DNA from: Polyangiaceae bacterium
GTDB lineage: Bacteria > Myxococcota_A > Polyangia > Polyangiales > Polyangiaceae
Direction of reading: 5' to 3'
Assembly: GCA_965222375.1 (NCBI GenBank)
Contig: CBDCTZ010000009.1
Span: forward strand, 128,001-192,000
DNA length: 64,000 nt
Shown: piece after piece, positions 39,454 to 50,313 of the stretch
Numbering within the stretch: the stretch's first letter is position 1
Layout: every line of letters starts with the position of its first letter
Notes under the pieces: model-generated
What the model saw: only the letters and a program-made list of their open reading frames with translations
Database searches by the model: none
What the model was told of the DNA's origin: nothing
Program-made: the position numbers and the translations under genes

Positions 39454-40396
39454 TCAAAACGTTGCGTCGAGTCCGTGCTTTGTAATTATCCGGACTGTTT
39501 GGCCTCGTTGGACGAATCCCTTTCTTGCTGCCTCACGATACCCCATCAGCGCCTGGACGTTTGTAAGAGGGCTCTTGCGCAGATCGATGATTGCGTTGGG
39601 TCCCTGACGTAGCGCTTCGTTTATCCTCGTCGCAACCTTCGAAGGATTTGCTGTTGTCAGTTGTTTCAGTTCGTAGCGCTGCCCAGTCTCCAAAACCCTT
39701 ATGTCTGCTCCAGCCTTGCCTTTTCCTGCCAGTTCGACGTTGTAGCCTTTGCTGGAGAAGTATTCGTGAGCAAATGCCCGCTCCCCTGGCGACGCTCTCG
39801 TCAGTTCTCTCACACTGCCCGCGGTTCGAGTAATTGCTCCCGAGCCCGATTGCACCGCATCCGTGCTCGCTTTCCCACCTCGAAGTCCGGCAACCCACTG
39901 GTTCGCTTTCTTCCCCAGGTCGTTGATTTGCTGACCAAGTGACTTCACAAACTTCGGTGCCGCTTTGACGATCTTTGGCGCCGCTCTGATCAGCCCCACG
40001 CCGCTTGTCACCATTATCGACGCGTTGGGATCGGCCACGGTCTTGCATCCCGCATCTCCGCAAAGCGACATTCCGGCAGCCGGCCCGCTCGACAACACCT
40101 GCGCCGTACCGACCACATCACGTATGGCTTTTCCGTCGGTAGCTCGCGGCACCTGCGCCGTCGAACTCGGCGCCCCGCGCGCGCCTGAGCTCGGATCTGG
40201 CGCAACTGGATCGTCTGTAGTGCCGGGACACCCGCCCGACCCCTCGTTCGGGCACAGTCCCACCGGGTCAATCGCCTTCAGCGTCTGTCCGCTCACATAG
40301 GCATACACGTTCAAGTCCGCCCCAAGCCCGTGCACCGTGAGCGGATCCGCACTCACCCACCGATTCAAGTGCGTGCTCAAGAAGCGCTTTCCAAAG
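39454..40396 (-). CDS. Orphan Rhs core tail plus C-terminal toxin A (PD-(D/E)xK, CdiA-CT-like nuclease), no clear start
   Basis: FGKRFLSTHLNRWVSADP...DPVGL, then 'E...AD.....ELK...I..A..Q...IIDL'. Confidence 0.75.
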
Positions 40397-40593
40397 AAAG
40401 TGGTCTCTAACGCAAACGTCGTACGCGCAGCACCGATTTGTCGGGCGCGTATCGCTACTTAGAAACTCAACGACCAGACGCGAGGTCCCGCTCTGCGGCG
40501 AAAATCCCCTGACGCGTGTTTGAGCTTACACGCGGTTTTGCTCTGGCACGAGACTGCTTGCGCCCGCGCACGAGGAGGTGCCTTTTTTTGCAG

Positions 40594-40902
40594 CTAGATG
40601 GGGAAATCTTCTGGTGGCGGGCCAACGGCGTTCCACACATACAGCACGTCGGTTCGCTGGGCTGCCGCATCGACCCGGTAGTAGATGTGATTCTTGGTCT
40701 TCGGCATCAGGATGCGCCACACAAGGTGACCACGGATCACGCAGTAGCGCTGCCGCTCATCATCGGCGCCGGTTCGGAGCTTCATCAGCACGGTGCGCAG
40801 CTCTTCGAGGAAGAGGCCGGGTGCCTTGTCACGATGCGCCTGCCACCAAGCACGCTTGTCTCGGATCGCCTCCTTGGCGTCCGGCGTGAGGCAGACTCTC
40901 AC
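40594..40902 (-). CDS. RelE/ParE-family toxin (variant 2)
   Basis: About 52% identical to variant 1 by manual ungapped count (53/102). Confidence 0.7.
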   Translation of the reverse strand: MRVCLTPDAKEAIRDKRAWWQAHRDKAPGLFLEELRTVLMKLRTGADDERQRYCVIRGHLVWRILMPKTKNHIYYRVDAAAQRTDVLYVWNAVGPPPEDFPI

Positions 40903-41159
40903 GAGCCTTGCGCGAGCTGTTCGCTTTCGAGCTCTGCAAGCACTTCGTCAGCGTCAATGAGCTCGCCGGCGTCTGCTTGCGCGACGCTGCGGTCCAGGGC
41001 TCGATGCAAAGCGGCACGTTCCTCGTCGCTGAGGGAATCACCCTCCGAGTTGCACAGGTACACGGTGACCGACATGCCATTGGTGAGTTCCGCCGGTTCG
41101 TCGAGGACAATCTGCCCGTTCTTCACATGTGCTTTGAGCGCGTTCACGAGAGAGAGCAT
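40899..41159 (-). CDS. Antitoxin (variant 2)
   Basis: N-terminal half nearly identical to variant 1, C-terminal half diverged; GTGA overlap with the toxin. Confidence 0.65.
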   Translation of the reverse strand: MLSLVNALKAHVKNGQIVLDEPAELTNGMSVTVYLCNSEGDSLSDEERAALHRALDRSVAQADAGELIDADEVLAELESEQLAQGS

Positions 41160-41604
41160 AGCACCTAGCCGCCCGTTGTCGGGGCCGCTTGCAACAAGGT
41201 CGCATCGCGTGGGGGCGGGCGGGCGCACCACGACGCCACGAGGTCAGCGCGGCGGGGCGGGGCCGCCGCGCTGACCGGGACGTCATCGCAGGCACGAGCG
41301 CGTGCAGTGGGGCGTGCACGCGACGCACACCGGGGAGCGCAGCCCCCCAGCGCGAGGAAACATAATTCCCTTGTTATGTTTAGCGAGCGAGGGCACCCGG
41401 CGGCGTGGGGCTTGCCAGACGTCAGCTACGACCTTTCGGGGTAGCGACCATCGGGAGCGTAGGGGCGTAGCCCCTGACCCGCCCACCGCAGGTGTGCAAG
41501 CCCCATGACGCCGGGCGGTGCGCATAAGGCAGCCTTATGCGCACCGCCGAGCGAGCGACTCGCGCTGGGGGGCGGAGCGGTTCGCGACGTAAAGTGCGCC
41601 ACGG

Positions 41605-42708
41605 CTACTCGCCGTCCTGGCGGCGCTGCCCCACGGCTAAGGGTGAGGAGCTTTTCTTTGCCGTAGCCGTCTGTGACGCCCTGTCTGCCCGTGATGGCTC
41701 GCGACGTCCCGTCGTCTTGGCCAGCGGGGGTTCGGGTTGCGCCGTCGGGTGCGTCGCTGCGTGGATCGCTTTGAGCTTCCGGATGCTCACTCGCGTGTAC
41801 ACTTGCGTCGATTCCAGCGACGTGTGCCCCAGCATTTCCTGCACGTAACGCACGTCGGCGCCGCCCTCGAGCATATGGGTGGCCATCGCGTGCCGAAACA
41901 CGTGACACGCTCCACGCTTGCCAGCCTTGCGCACGTAGCGTCGGATGTTCTGCGACAGCCCGGGGGGCAACAGTGCCTCGCCCATGTTCGTTAAGAAGAG
42001 GGCGCCGGGATCGGGCATCACCATCAGCTCGGGGCGCACGTCGCGGATGTAACGCTTCGCCCAGGCCAGCGCTCGCTCTCCCACCGGCAACATCCGATCT
42101 CGCTGCCCCTTGCCCTCACGCACCATCAGCGTCCCACGCTCCACGTCCAAATCGCTCAGGCTGAGCCCAGTCACCTCGCTGCGACGGATCCCCGTCGAGT
42201 ACATCAGCTCCAAAATCGCCCGGTCTCGCACCCCGAGCGCCGTGGAGGTGTTCACCTGGGACAGCACTTCCTCGACTTCTTCTGCGCTCAGCACGTCCCG
42301 GGGCAATCGATGCGGCAGCCGTGGAAGCTCCAGCTCGCTCGCAGGATTCGAGGGCAGGGCGTTTTGCTTGACCATCCACCGAAAGAAGCGCCGCACCGCC
42401 GTCAGCATCACGTGCTGCGTCCGAAACGACATCTGCGGGCCTCCGTCCGGCCGCCTGAGCAGGTACAAATGCCTCTGGTAGCGCTCCAGCATCGGCTTCG
42501 TGAGCTGCGACGGCCGATACAGGTTGCGGGCCTCGCACCACTGCACGAAGCGCCTCAGGCCGATCTGACGGCTCTCCACCGTGTGCGCCGAGTAGTTCCG
42601 CGTCTGCAGCCACTGCAAGAAGCGCTGCGACCAAATCCAAAACCCGTCCGGCTCGTTTGGATCACCAATCGGACGCGGGGGCTGCTTGTTGCCGCGCTTG
42701 ATCGGCAT
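41605..42708 (-). CDS. XerC-like tyrosine recombinase (unit 2)
   Basis: Same catalytic motifs as unit 1, with scattered substitutions. Confidence 0.92.
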   Translation of the reverse strand: MPIKRGNKQPPRPIGDPNEPDGFWIWSQRFLQWLQTRNYSAHTVESRQIGLRRFVQWCEARNLYRPSQLTKPMLERYQRHLYLLRRPDGGPQMSFRTQHVMLTAVRRFFRWMVKQNALPSNPASELELPRLPHRLPRDVLSAEEVEEVLSQVNTSTALGVRDRAILELMYSTGIRRSEVTGLSLSDLDVERGTLMVREGKGQRDRMLPVGERALAWAKRYIRDVRPELMVMPDPGALFLTNMGEALLPPGLSQNIRRYVRKAGKRGACHVFRHAMATHMLEGGADVRYVQEMLGHTSLESTQVYTRVSIRKLKAIHAATHPTAQPEPPLAKTTGRREPSRADRASQTATAKKSSSPLAVGQRRQDGE

Positions 42709-42711
42709 CGC

Positions 42712-45700
42712 TCAGCGCCCCCGTGCTTGTACGACGCCACTTGCGTACGACGATTGTGACAGACCGTTCCCGCGACGTGCGTTTTTGCCGCTCGCGGCGT
42801 TGCGATCACCATTCGAGCCGTTTTGCTCCTGCGCCGCCCGGTTTTCACCACCCCGACCACCCCCCGACCGGGGGCCGACCAGGGGCCGACCGACCCCCGC
42901 GAAGTTGGGGTCTGACCCCCGCGAAGTTGCCTCCGTGCCCCGCGAAGTATGCGTCGTACTCGACGCATCGAGTCCTTCCGCGTCGACGAGACCCGCAAGC
43001 GATGTGCCTGCGCCCTCCTCGCTGCTCCAACACAGCTCGTACACGTAGCTTTGACCCTGACGCCCACGATGCACCAGCACGTACTCCAGCTCCGCCAGCC
43101 GCCCCAGGTGCACCTTCAGCTGCGTGTCGCCCCAGCCGCTGTGCTCCCGCAGCTCTCGGCGGCTAAATCGATAGTCGCACCGGTTCAAGCCGAGCCGCTT
43201 CGTCTCCTGGGCGACCAGCGCGTCGACGAGGCCGAGCAAGCGCCGCGTTTGCGGCGGCAGCTCGTCCAGGCTCCGGCCCAGCACCTCGCGGGTCAGGCGG
43301 TTCGCTAGCTCGATGTCCTCGCGCGTCACCTCCACATACCTCAGCTTCGCTCCCCGATGCTCCACCTCCTGCACCGGCCGCTGGTACTGGTGCAGCAGCG
43401 CGATCGTCTCGATCAGACCCAGGTACTTCGTGTGATCTCGACGCATCCGTGTTCGATGATCTGGAAACGTCAGCTGCTCTGCGTAGGGATTCACCACCGA
43501 AAGCGGCCTCAAAAGGCGTTGAGCGTTCTGGTGCAGTTCCAGCAGGCGTGCCCGCTCGTGCCGGGTCTTCACTCCCTCCAGCGTCCGTAGTTGTCGCTGA
43601 CGCTCGTGGATCGCTCGCGTTTGCTCCCGCCCCTCGTCCACCGTCAGCACGATGCAGCGGTTGAGCAGCTCTTCGTCTACCTCGATCGCCGTCGTCGTCA
43701 AGAAGATCATCACCGGCCCCTGCACCCGGTACTCCTGCGTCACCAGCCGTCCCGTCGCGGGATCTTTGCCCGTGCTTGCGATGGTGAGTTCGCCTTCGCT
43801 CTGCAGCAGCTTCAGCGCGTAGCTCGCTCGCTCGGCGCCCTCTTCCTCCACGATGGCCAAGATCTTGTGCGCCAGATCGCTCTCGCCCATGTAAAACAAG
43901 CTCTGCCCCGTCATCGCCGAGTACTGCACCCGCTCTTCCTCGGGCATCAGACACAGCACCGCATCCATCAACGAGCTCTTGCCCGCCGCGCTCGAGCTTT
44001 GGATGATCACCGCCAGTGGCTCATCCAGTTTCCGGCTGGTGGCAGCTAAGTAGCCGACGAGTTTGTTCGTTTGCTCGCCCACCACTCCGCAGCGCTGGAA
44101 GTCCTCCAAGATCCGCTCGACCAATTTCGGATCTCGCAGCAGCTCCAGTGCTGCCTTCCGAGCCACATCGCCCATCTGCGCGGGCTTCGCCTCGGCCTCG
44201 GCGGCTTTGCGCTCGGCTTCTTGCCGCTCCTCGAGCTTCAAGAGCACCGCGCCCAGCTCCCGCTTCACCACCCGCTCCTCCAGGCCCAGCTCTGTCGCCG
44301 CTTCCTTCGTGAAGACGCCGCGCTGCCTCGCCGAGTACAGCTCCACCGTGTCCACGTGAAACGCCCCGCCCGCTCGCGAGACGTGGAGGTTCGTGCGTAG
44401 CTGTTCCGGGCCTCCCTTCGACGCCAACCGTACTCGCCAACGTCGATCGCCAAATCGAAACACCAGGTCATCACCCACCACCTCCAGCTCCACGCTCGGA
44501 TTTGCAGCTAAGGAGGGATGGGGTGGGGGCGGACTTGCTGGCGGCTGCTTCGCAATGATCACCACCTCGGCTTCGTTGACTTCGGCAGGCTGTGTGACTT
44601 GTCGCTCTGTCAACTCAGTCGGCTCGGCTGCAGCCGGCCGTGGTTTGCCTTCGCTGATCCACTCCGCCTGACGCAGCGAAAGGCCCAAGCTCTGCGACGC
44701 CGGCGCCACCTTCAACGCGTACTCGTTGGCGTCCATGCCCTTCGGAAACAGCACGCGTGCGCTGCCCACTGACAGCTCCGCCAGCTCTCGCGACAGCTTG
44801 TCTGCTGCGCGATCGCCGGCGTCGTCCCGATCGTAGGCGATGAGCACGCGCTCGACACCGCGCGTCGTCAGCGCCGTGCGCAGCTCATCGGTGAAGCCCT
44901 CCACGCCGTAGGCCGTCGTCACGTTCCGATAGCCTGCGCACCAGAAGGTCAGCGCGTCGATCAGGCTTTCGCAAAGAATCACTTCCCGGGCGTCTGCAAT
45001 GCCGGAGAGGTTCCAGACGCCGCGATGGGGGCCGGGCAAGTACAGGTGCATTGGTGTCCCCGGACGCAGTCGAGGCGTGATCTTACGCCCGTACATCTCC
45101 ACCACCTGACCCTCGGCGTCGAAGACCGGAATGACCAGCGAGCCATTTAGGTGCTCGTGACCGCTCTGTCGGTACACACCGACCTCCGCCAGCCGCCTCC
45201 GTAGCTCTCCGCCCCGGTGGCGGTTCTTCGCTGGCAAACGGTAGCCTAGCGTGCGGTTCGAGAAGCCAAGCTGGAAGCGCTCGATGGCTTCGTCGTTTCT
45301 CAGACCGCGCTTTTCCAAGTACGCCAGCGCCTCCGGGCTCTCCAACAGCGCTTGGTGGTAGTAGGCGACAACCTCGCGCAGCAGCTCGTCGTTGTCCGCG
45401 CTCTGTGCTCCCACCACCGGCAGCTTCCTTGCCGTGCCGTACTTCGGCGGCCGTCGCTTCGGCGACTCTGCAGCTAAGGAGGGTAGGTCCTTACGCAGCA
45501 CTTCCACCGCGTGCCGAAAGCTCACCCCCTCGGCCTTCATCACCCAATCGATCACTGTCCCGCCCGCCTGACACGCTCCCAGGCAGTGCCAGAGGTTCTT
45601 CTCGGGCGTCACCACCAGGCTTGGCTCTCGGTCGTCGTGAAACGGGCACAGCCCGATCAGATCCGAGCCGTGCTTCTTCAGCGCCACGCCCCGCGCCTCC

Positions 45701-45765
45701 GCGAGCCGCTCCACCGAAATCTCTCGCTTCAAAGCCCGGATTTCTTCCTCGCTTACTCTCGCCAT
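42712..45765 (-). CDS. CHC2/Toprim primase-P-loop ATPase fusion (unit 2)
   Basis: Near-identical copy of 35212-38265. Confidence 0.85.
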   Translation of the reverse strand: MARVSEEEIRALKREISVERLAEARGVALKKHGSDLIGLCPFHDDREPSLVVTPEKNLWHCLGACQAGGTVIDWVMKAEGVSFRHAVEVLRKDLPSLAAESPKRRPPKYGTARKLPVVGAQSADNDELLREVVAYYHQALLESPEALAYLEKRGLRNDEAIERFQLGFSNRTLGYRLPAKNRHRGGELRRRLAEVGVYRQSGHEHLNGSLVIPVFDAEGQVVEMYGRKITPRLRPGTPMHLYLPGPHRGVWNLSGIADAREVILCESLIDALTFWCAGYRNVTTAYGVEGFTDELRTALTTRGVERVLIAYDRDDAGDRAADKLSRELAELSVGSARVLFPKGMDANEYALKVAPASQSLGLSLRQAEWISEGKPRPAAAEPTELTERQVTQPAEVNEAEVVIIAKQPPASPPPPHPSLAANPSVELEVVGDDLVFRFGDRRWRVRLASKGGPEQLRTNLHVSRAGGAFHVDTVELYSARQRGVFTKEAATELGLEERVVKRELGAVLLKLEERQEAERKAAEAEAKPAQMGDVARKAALELLRDPKLVERILEDFQRCGVVGEQTNKLVGYLAATSRKLDEPLAVIIQSSSAAGKSSLMDAVLCLMPEEERVQYSAMTGQSLFYMGESDLAHKILAIVEEEGAERASYALKLLQSEGELTIASTGKDPATGRLVTQEYRVQGPVMIFLTTTAIEVDEELLNRCIVLTVDEGREQTRAIHERQRQLRTLEGVKTRHERARLLELHQNAQRLLRPLSVVNPYAEQLTFPDHRTRMRRDHTKYLGLIETIALLHQYQRPVQEVEHRGAKLRYVEVTREDIELANRLTREVLGRSLDELPPQTRRLLGLVDALVAQETKRLGLNRCDYRFSRRELREHSGWGDTQLKVHLGRLAELEYVLVHRGRQGQSYVYELCWSSEEGAGTSLAGLVDAEGLDASSTTHTSRGTEATSRGSDPNFAGVGRPLVGPRSGGGRGGENRAAQEQNGSNGDRNAASGKNARRGNGLSQSSYASGVVQARGR

Positions 45766-45917
45766 CTCACGCTCCCGCAGAAAAAGGCTGTCAAGTGCAA
45801 AGAGCAACTCGACGGTACTTGTTGACGGGATCATGGATTACATAATATTTTGTAAACGTGCAAGCGCGTAGTCCTCCCCGACCAGGGCTTTGTGAAACCC
45901 ACCCTTACACTCAGGGC

Positions 45918-46289
45918 ATGGGTCGAAAGCTCTCTACCCGCCGTCCAAGGCAGGGCGCCAAGCTTGCCTCGCTTCGCCGCGACGCCGGTCTCACCCAAAC
46001 CGAGCTCGCCCGCCTCGTCGGCGAAAAGCAGCAAACTATCGCCTACTGGGAGAAGAGCAGCAGGCCCCCTCGCTCGGATGTCCTACCCAAGCTCGCCAAG
46101 GTTCTCGGCGTCCGCATCGACGATCTGATCAACGAAAAGCCCTCGCCGCCCAACCAGCGTCCGCGACCGAGCGGTGGAAGAGTGCAGAAGCTCTTCGACG
46201 AGGTTTCCAGGCTCCCCAGGCGCCAACAAGACAAGGTCGTCGAGTTCGTTTCCGCCTTCATCGAGCAATACAAGCGTCAGGCGAGCTAA
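45918..46289 (+). CDS. XRE-family HTH repressor (unit 2)
   Basis: Identical to 38418-38789. Confidence 0.88.
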   Translation: MGRKLSTRRPRQGAKLASLRRDAGLTQTELARLVGEKQQTIAYWEKSSRPPRSDVLPKLAKVLGVRIDDLINEKPSPPNQRPRPSGGRVQKLFDEVSRLPRRQQDKVVEFVSAFIEQYKRQAS

Positions 46290-46581
46290 CCGGCAGTGCA
46301 AATCTGCACGCCACCATCCACGTCACTGGCTGGCTAATGCGGCCGTTAGGCCAGACGGCGCCGGGGGAGTCCATGCTCGGATCGAGTTCAGCGTGAGCGG
46401 CCGACTGCGTCGATGTTTGGCGCTGCGCCGCAGGCCAACGAAGCATTAGCCAGACTCAATCTGTCGACTCGAGACCGCGCTTGCGCGCTCCACGGCTCGC
46501 CCCGCGCCGGACTCATGAGCGTCCGCCGCGGGGCTGGGAGGCGAGCACACACGGCTTGAGCGAAGGAGGGAACCAAGCTCA

Positions 46582-46947
46582 TCAATGTTCGTCTTCGAGG
46601 CGCTGCCTCCAATTCGCCAGTTCGCGTGCTGCGTCCACATTGTCGTCGCGCGGACTAACAACATTCTCCGCGTCAAGGGCGTTGACGCAAGTGGTGGGTG
46701 TATCGAGAAGCTCGTCTACCCCCTCAGGAACAAACCGGATCTCGTGGTTCCGGTGGCGGATCAGAAACCCCTCAACCACACGTCCGAAAAATTCATCTCG
46801 CGTCCTCCAGCGCTTCTGCTGCGAATCGTACACACCATCCATGGTTGTCTCAGGCAGCTCCGATCCGTCGCTAGAGACGCGATACACCTTCCCAAACGAC
46901 AGGTAGCTTCGACAGTCAAAACAGAGAAGATGGTAGGTGCTAGCCAT
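46582..46947 (-). CDS. Probable immunity protein for CT-A (unit 2)
   Basis: Identical to 39082-39447. Confidence 0.7.
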   Translation of the reverse strand: MASTYHLLCFDCRSYLSFGKVYRVSSDGSELPETTMDGVYDSQQKRWRTRDEFFGRVVEGFLIRHRNHEIRFVPEGVDELLDTPTTCVNALDAENVVSPRDDNVDAARELANWRQRLEDEH

Positions 46948-46953
46948 AGTTCC

Positions 46954-47876
46954 TCAAAACGTTGCGTCGAGTCCGTGCTTTGTAATTATCCGGACTGTTT
47001 GGCCTCGTTGGACGAATCCCTTTCTTGCTGCCTCACGATACCCCATCAGCGCCTGGACGTTTGTAAGAGGGCTCTTGCGCAGATCGATGATTGCGTTGGG
47101 TCCCTGACGTAGCGCTTCGTTTATCCTCGTCGCAACCTTCGAAGGATTTGCTGTTGTCAGTTGTTTCAGTTCGTAGCGCTGCCCAGTCTCCAAAACCCTT
47201 ATGTCTGCTCCAGCCTTGCCTTTTCCTGCCAGTTCGACGTTGTAGCCTTTGCTGGAGAAGTATTCGTGAGCAAATGCCCGCTCCCCTGGCGACGCTCTCG
47301 TCAGTTCTCTCACACTGCCCGCGGTTCGAGTAATTGCTCCCGAGCCCGATTGCACCGCATCCGTGCTCGCTTTCCCACCTCGAAGTCCGGCAACCCACTG
47401 GTTCGCTTTCTTCCCCAGGTCGTTGATTTGCTGACCAAGTGACTTCACAAACTTCGGTGCCGCTTTGACGATCTTTGGCGCCGCTCTGATCAGCCCCACG
47501 CCGCTTGTCACCATTATCGACGCGTTGGGATCGGCCACGGTCTTGCATCCCGCATCTCCGCAAAGCGACATTCCGGCAGCCGGCCCGCTCGACAACACCT
47601 GCGCCGTACCGACCACATCACGTATGGCTTTTCCGTCGGTAGCTCGCGGCACCTGCGCCGTCGAACTCGGCGCCCCGCGCGCGCCTGAGCTCGGATCTGG
47701 CGCAACTGGATCGTCTGTAGTGCCGGGACACCCGCCCGACCCCTCGTTCGGGCACAGTCCCACCGGGTCAATCGCCTTCAGCGTCTGTCCGCTCACATAG
47801 GCATACACGTTCAAGTCCGCCCCAAGCCCGTGCACCGTGAGCGGATCCGCACTCACCCACCGATTCAAGTGCGTGC
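46954..47876 (-). pseudogene. 3' part of the full-length Rhs gene (core tail plus CT-A), cut off by IS21
   Basis: Removing 47877-51093 rejoins GLTYFGKRFLST to HLNRWVSADP in frame. Confidence 0.85.
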
Positions 47877-48138
47877 TGTCAACGGGCATCCGAAACGGCG
47901 TCTAAGTGGGCGGCATGGCGGAGGTGCCCATATTTGCGCGTGAGTGATGCCCGGATTTACGCCGTCGGATAGAGCGCGTGAAATTGGGCCCGGTCGGGTG
48001 GGCGCTTGGATGATCTCGATGCCCAGATAGATGAAAGGCCCGGGGCGCAACCCGAGCCTTTCCAACCGCGATCAGTTGTGGCGCAAGCATCGCTGATAGC
48101 GGCGTACGGATCCAGAAAACTGCTGGGCGGAGTCCGCG

Positions 48139-48771
48139 ATCAGCGATTCGTTCCGGCTTTTCAACTGTCAGCGGTGCCACGGCCAGGTGAAGCTTTGCCA
48201 ACGTTGCGACCGAGGGCAGCTGTATTGCAGCAGTGACTGCGCTTCAATAAGTCGCAGCCAAAGCGTGCGAGAGGCGGGGGCTCGGTACCAGCGCACGCGC
48301 CGTGGAGCGCGGCTTCACGCAGAGCGACAAGCCCGTCACCGGGCGCGGCGGCGAGAAAAAGTGACGCATCACCCCTCGTCATTAGACGCCAGCAGGCGCA
48401 GCAGTGGACCCGAGAGTGAGGCGGCACGGCACGCCGTCCTCGAGGCTAACCCCAATGATGCGTCTGACAGCCCAGCTTCAGGTTTCGAAAACGGAGATGC
48501 AGCTTCTGGTGACGTCTCCGGAACAAGGGGATGTGCTGAAAGCGAGGCTGTCGCTGCGACCGTCTCACCCTCGCGCTCTTCTGACATTGCTCGAAGGGCT
48601 CGCGCTGTGGAGCGGGGCGAAGCTCTGCGTTGCGATTACTGCGGAGCAGAACTGCCCAAGTTGGCTCGACTCGGGGCTGTTTGGCGACGAGCTATGGCCC
48701 GGGGAAAGCCAACTCGTGCAGTACGAGGTCGCCGGCCGCGCCCGCCCAAAGCGCCTACGAGGCGTGGGTGA
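48139..48771 (+). CDS. IS21 passenger ORF, Cys-rich zinc-finger-like
   Basis: FNCQRCHGQVKLCQRCDRGQLYCSSDC and a C-terminal CDYCG; GGAG RBS precedes an ATC at 48139, so the start is uncertain. Confidence 0.55.
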   Translation: MSDSFRLFNCQRCHGQVKLCQRCDRGQLYCSSDCASISRSQSVREAGARYQRTRRGARLHAERQARHRARRREKVTHHPSSLDASRRSSGPESEAARHAVLEANPNDASDSPASGFENGDAASGDVSGTRGCAESEAVAATVSPSRSSDIARRARAVERGEALRCDYCGAELPKLARLGAVWRRAMARGKPTRAVRGRRPRPPKAPTRRG

Positions 48772-48805
48772 CTTTCGTCGCATGCGTGGACGAGGTGCGC
48801 GGTGA
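48455..48805 (+). CDS. Small IS21 accessory ORF
   Basis: 'DVLKARL...[17 protein letters not shown]'; GTGA overlap with istA. Confidence 0.6.
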   Translation: MMRLTAQLQVSKTEMQLLVTSPEQGDVLKARLSLRPSHPRALLTLLEGLALWSGAKLCVAITAEQNCPSWLDSGLFGDELWPGESQLVQYEVAGRARPKRLRGVGDFRRMRGRGAR

Positions 48806-50313
48806 TCAGCAAGGAGCGCAGAGCCGAAATCCTCCGGCTGTACCACGCGGAGAAGTGGAAGATCGGGACGATTGCCCAGCAGCTTGGCATCCACCACGGC
48901 ACGGTGCGGCGTGTCCTGCGAGACGCCGGGGTCGACACGGTGTCCCGGAGTCTGCGTCCGTCAATTACAGATCCCTACGTCCCACTGATCATCGAGACGC
49001 TGGCGCAGTACCCGAAGCTGCCGGCGATCCGCGTTTACGCGATGGCGAAAGAGCGGGGCTACCAGGGCGGCTCAGATCATTTTCGCCGCATCGTCGCTCG
49101 ACACAGACCGCGACCAACAGCGGAAGCGTACATGCGTTTGCGCACGCTGCCTGGCGAACAGGGCCAAGTGGATTGGGCGCATTTCGGGACTCTTTCAGTT
49201 GGGCGAGCGAGCCGGCAGCTGATGGCATTTGTGATGGTGCTCAGCTGGTCGCGGATGGTGTTTCTACGCTTCTACCTGAACGCCAACATGTCGAGTTTTC
49301 TTCACGGGCATGTGTCTGCGTTTGATTTCTGGGCAGGCGTTCCACGGGTCCTGCTGTACGACAATCTCAAGAGTGCGGTGCTGGAGCGCAAGGGCGATGC
49401 GATCCGTTTTCACCCCACGCTGCTGGAGTTAGCTGGCCACTATCGCTACGAGCCACGCCCAGTCGCGGTGGCACGCGGCAATGAGAAGGGCCGCGTCGAG
49501 CGCGCGATCCGCTACATCAGATCCAGCTTCTTCGCCGCACGCGAGTATCGCGATCTCGACGATCTGAATGAGCAAGCACTCGACTGGTGCCTGGGCACTG
49601 CGGCGGAGCGTCGTTGTCCCGAGGATGAGACCCTGAACGTCTCGGAGGCCTTCGCCGAAGAGAAGCCGCGTCTGTTGGAGCTACCGAGCAATCCATTTTT
49701 GACCGACGAGCGCATCGAGGTTGCCGTGGGCAAGACGCCCTACGTGCGTTTCGACCTGAACGACTACTCCATTCCGGCAACGCACACGCGCAGGAGCCTC
49801 ACCGTGGTGGCAAGCATGACGACCGTGCGTGTCCTCGACGGTGAAGACACCATCGCGGAGCACGCCCGGTGCTGGGATCGCCGTCAGGCGATCGAGGAGC
49901 CGGCACACATTGCGGCGCTTGCAGAGTGGAAACGGCAAGCCCACGCGCATCGCGGCCTTGATCGCTTGCATCACGCGGCGCCATCTTCCCGAAAGCTTTT
50001 CAAAGTGCTGGCCGAGCAGGGCAAGAACCTGGGCGGCGCGACGATTGCGATGCTCAAGCAGCTGGACCGAGTTGGGGCAGCGGAGCTGGAAGCTGCGCTC
50101 GCCGAGGTTGTGCAACTCGGCACGCCACACCTTGCCGCTGTGCACCACGTCCTGGAGCGACGCCGCTACGAGCGCGGCACCCCTCCACCCGTGGGGCGAC
50201 ATCTTCCCGACGACGACCGTGTGCAAGGCCCGGTCGTCACCCCGCATTCACTCAGCGACTACGACGGTATTGGGAGAGACGATGATGACAACGACGACGA
50301 GCGATCAGGCTGA
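48802..50313 (+). CDS. istA: IS21 DDE transposase
   Basis: N-terminal HTH, 'PGEQGQVDW', 'LYDNLKSAV' and 'KGRVERAI'. Confidence 0.93.
   Translation: MISKERRAEILRLYHAEKWKIGTIAQQLGIHHGTVRRVLRDAGVDTVSRSLRPSITDPYVPLIIETLAQYPKLPAIRVYAMAKERGYQGGSDHFRRIVARHRPRPTAEAYMRLRTLPGEQGQVDWAHFGTLSVGRASRQLMAFVMVLSWSRMVFLRFYLNANMSSFLHGHVSAFDFWAGVPRVLLYDNLKSAVLERKGDAIRFHPTLLELAGHYRYEPRPVAVARGNEKGRVERAIRYIRSSFFAAREYRDLDDLNEQALDWCLGTAAERRCPEDETLNVSEAFAEEKPRLLELPSNPFLTDERIEVAVGKTPYVRFDLNDYSIPATHTRRSLTVVASMTTVRVLDGEDTIAEHARCWDRRQAIEEPAHIAALAEWKRQAHAHRGLDRLHHAAPSSRKLFKVLAEQGKNLGGATIAMLKQLDRVGAAELEAALAEVVQLGTPHLAAVHHVLERRRYERGTPPPVGRHLPDDDRVQGPVVTPHSLSDYDGIGRDDDDNDDERSG

Larger units (their letters stand above)
32908..40396 (-). 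mobile_element. Integrative element unit 1 (7483 bp core to core): CT-A, immunity, XRE, primase-helicase, XerC-like recombinase, TA
   Basis: Bounded by CCAAAG cores at 32908-32913 and 40391-40396; same gene order as unit 2. Confidence 0.75.

Noticed and set aside
46954..47889. ORF-track start MPVDSTHLN as a real N-terminus
   Set aside because: The first codons come from the IS21 end; any expression from it is speculative.
49829..50281. Long N-terminal extension of IstB
   Set aside because: It overlaps istA in another frame; IstB similarity begins near ATG 50282. A frameshift fusion was not supported by any slippery site I could identify.
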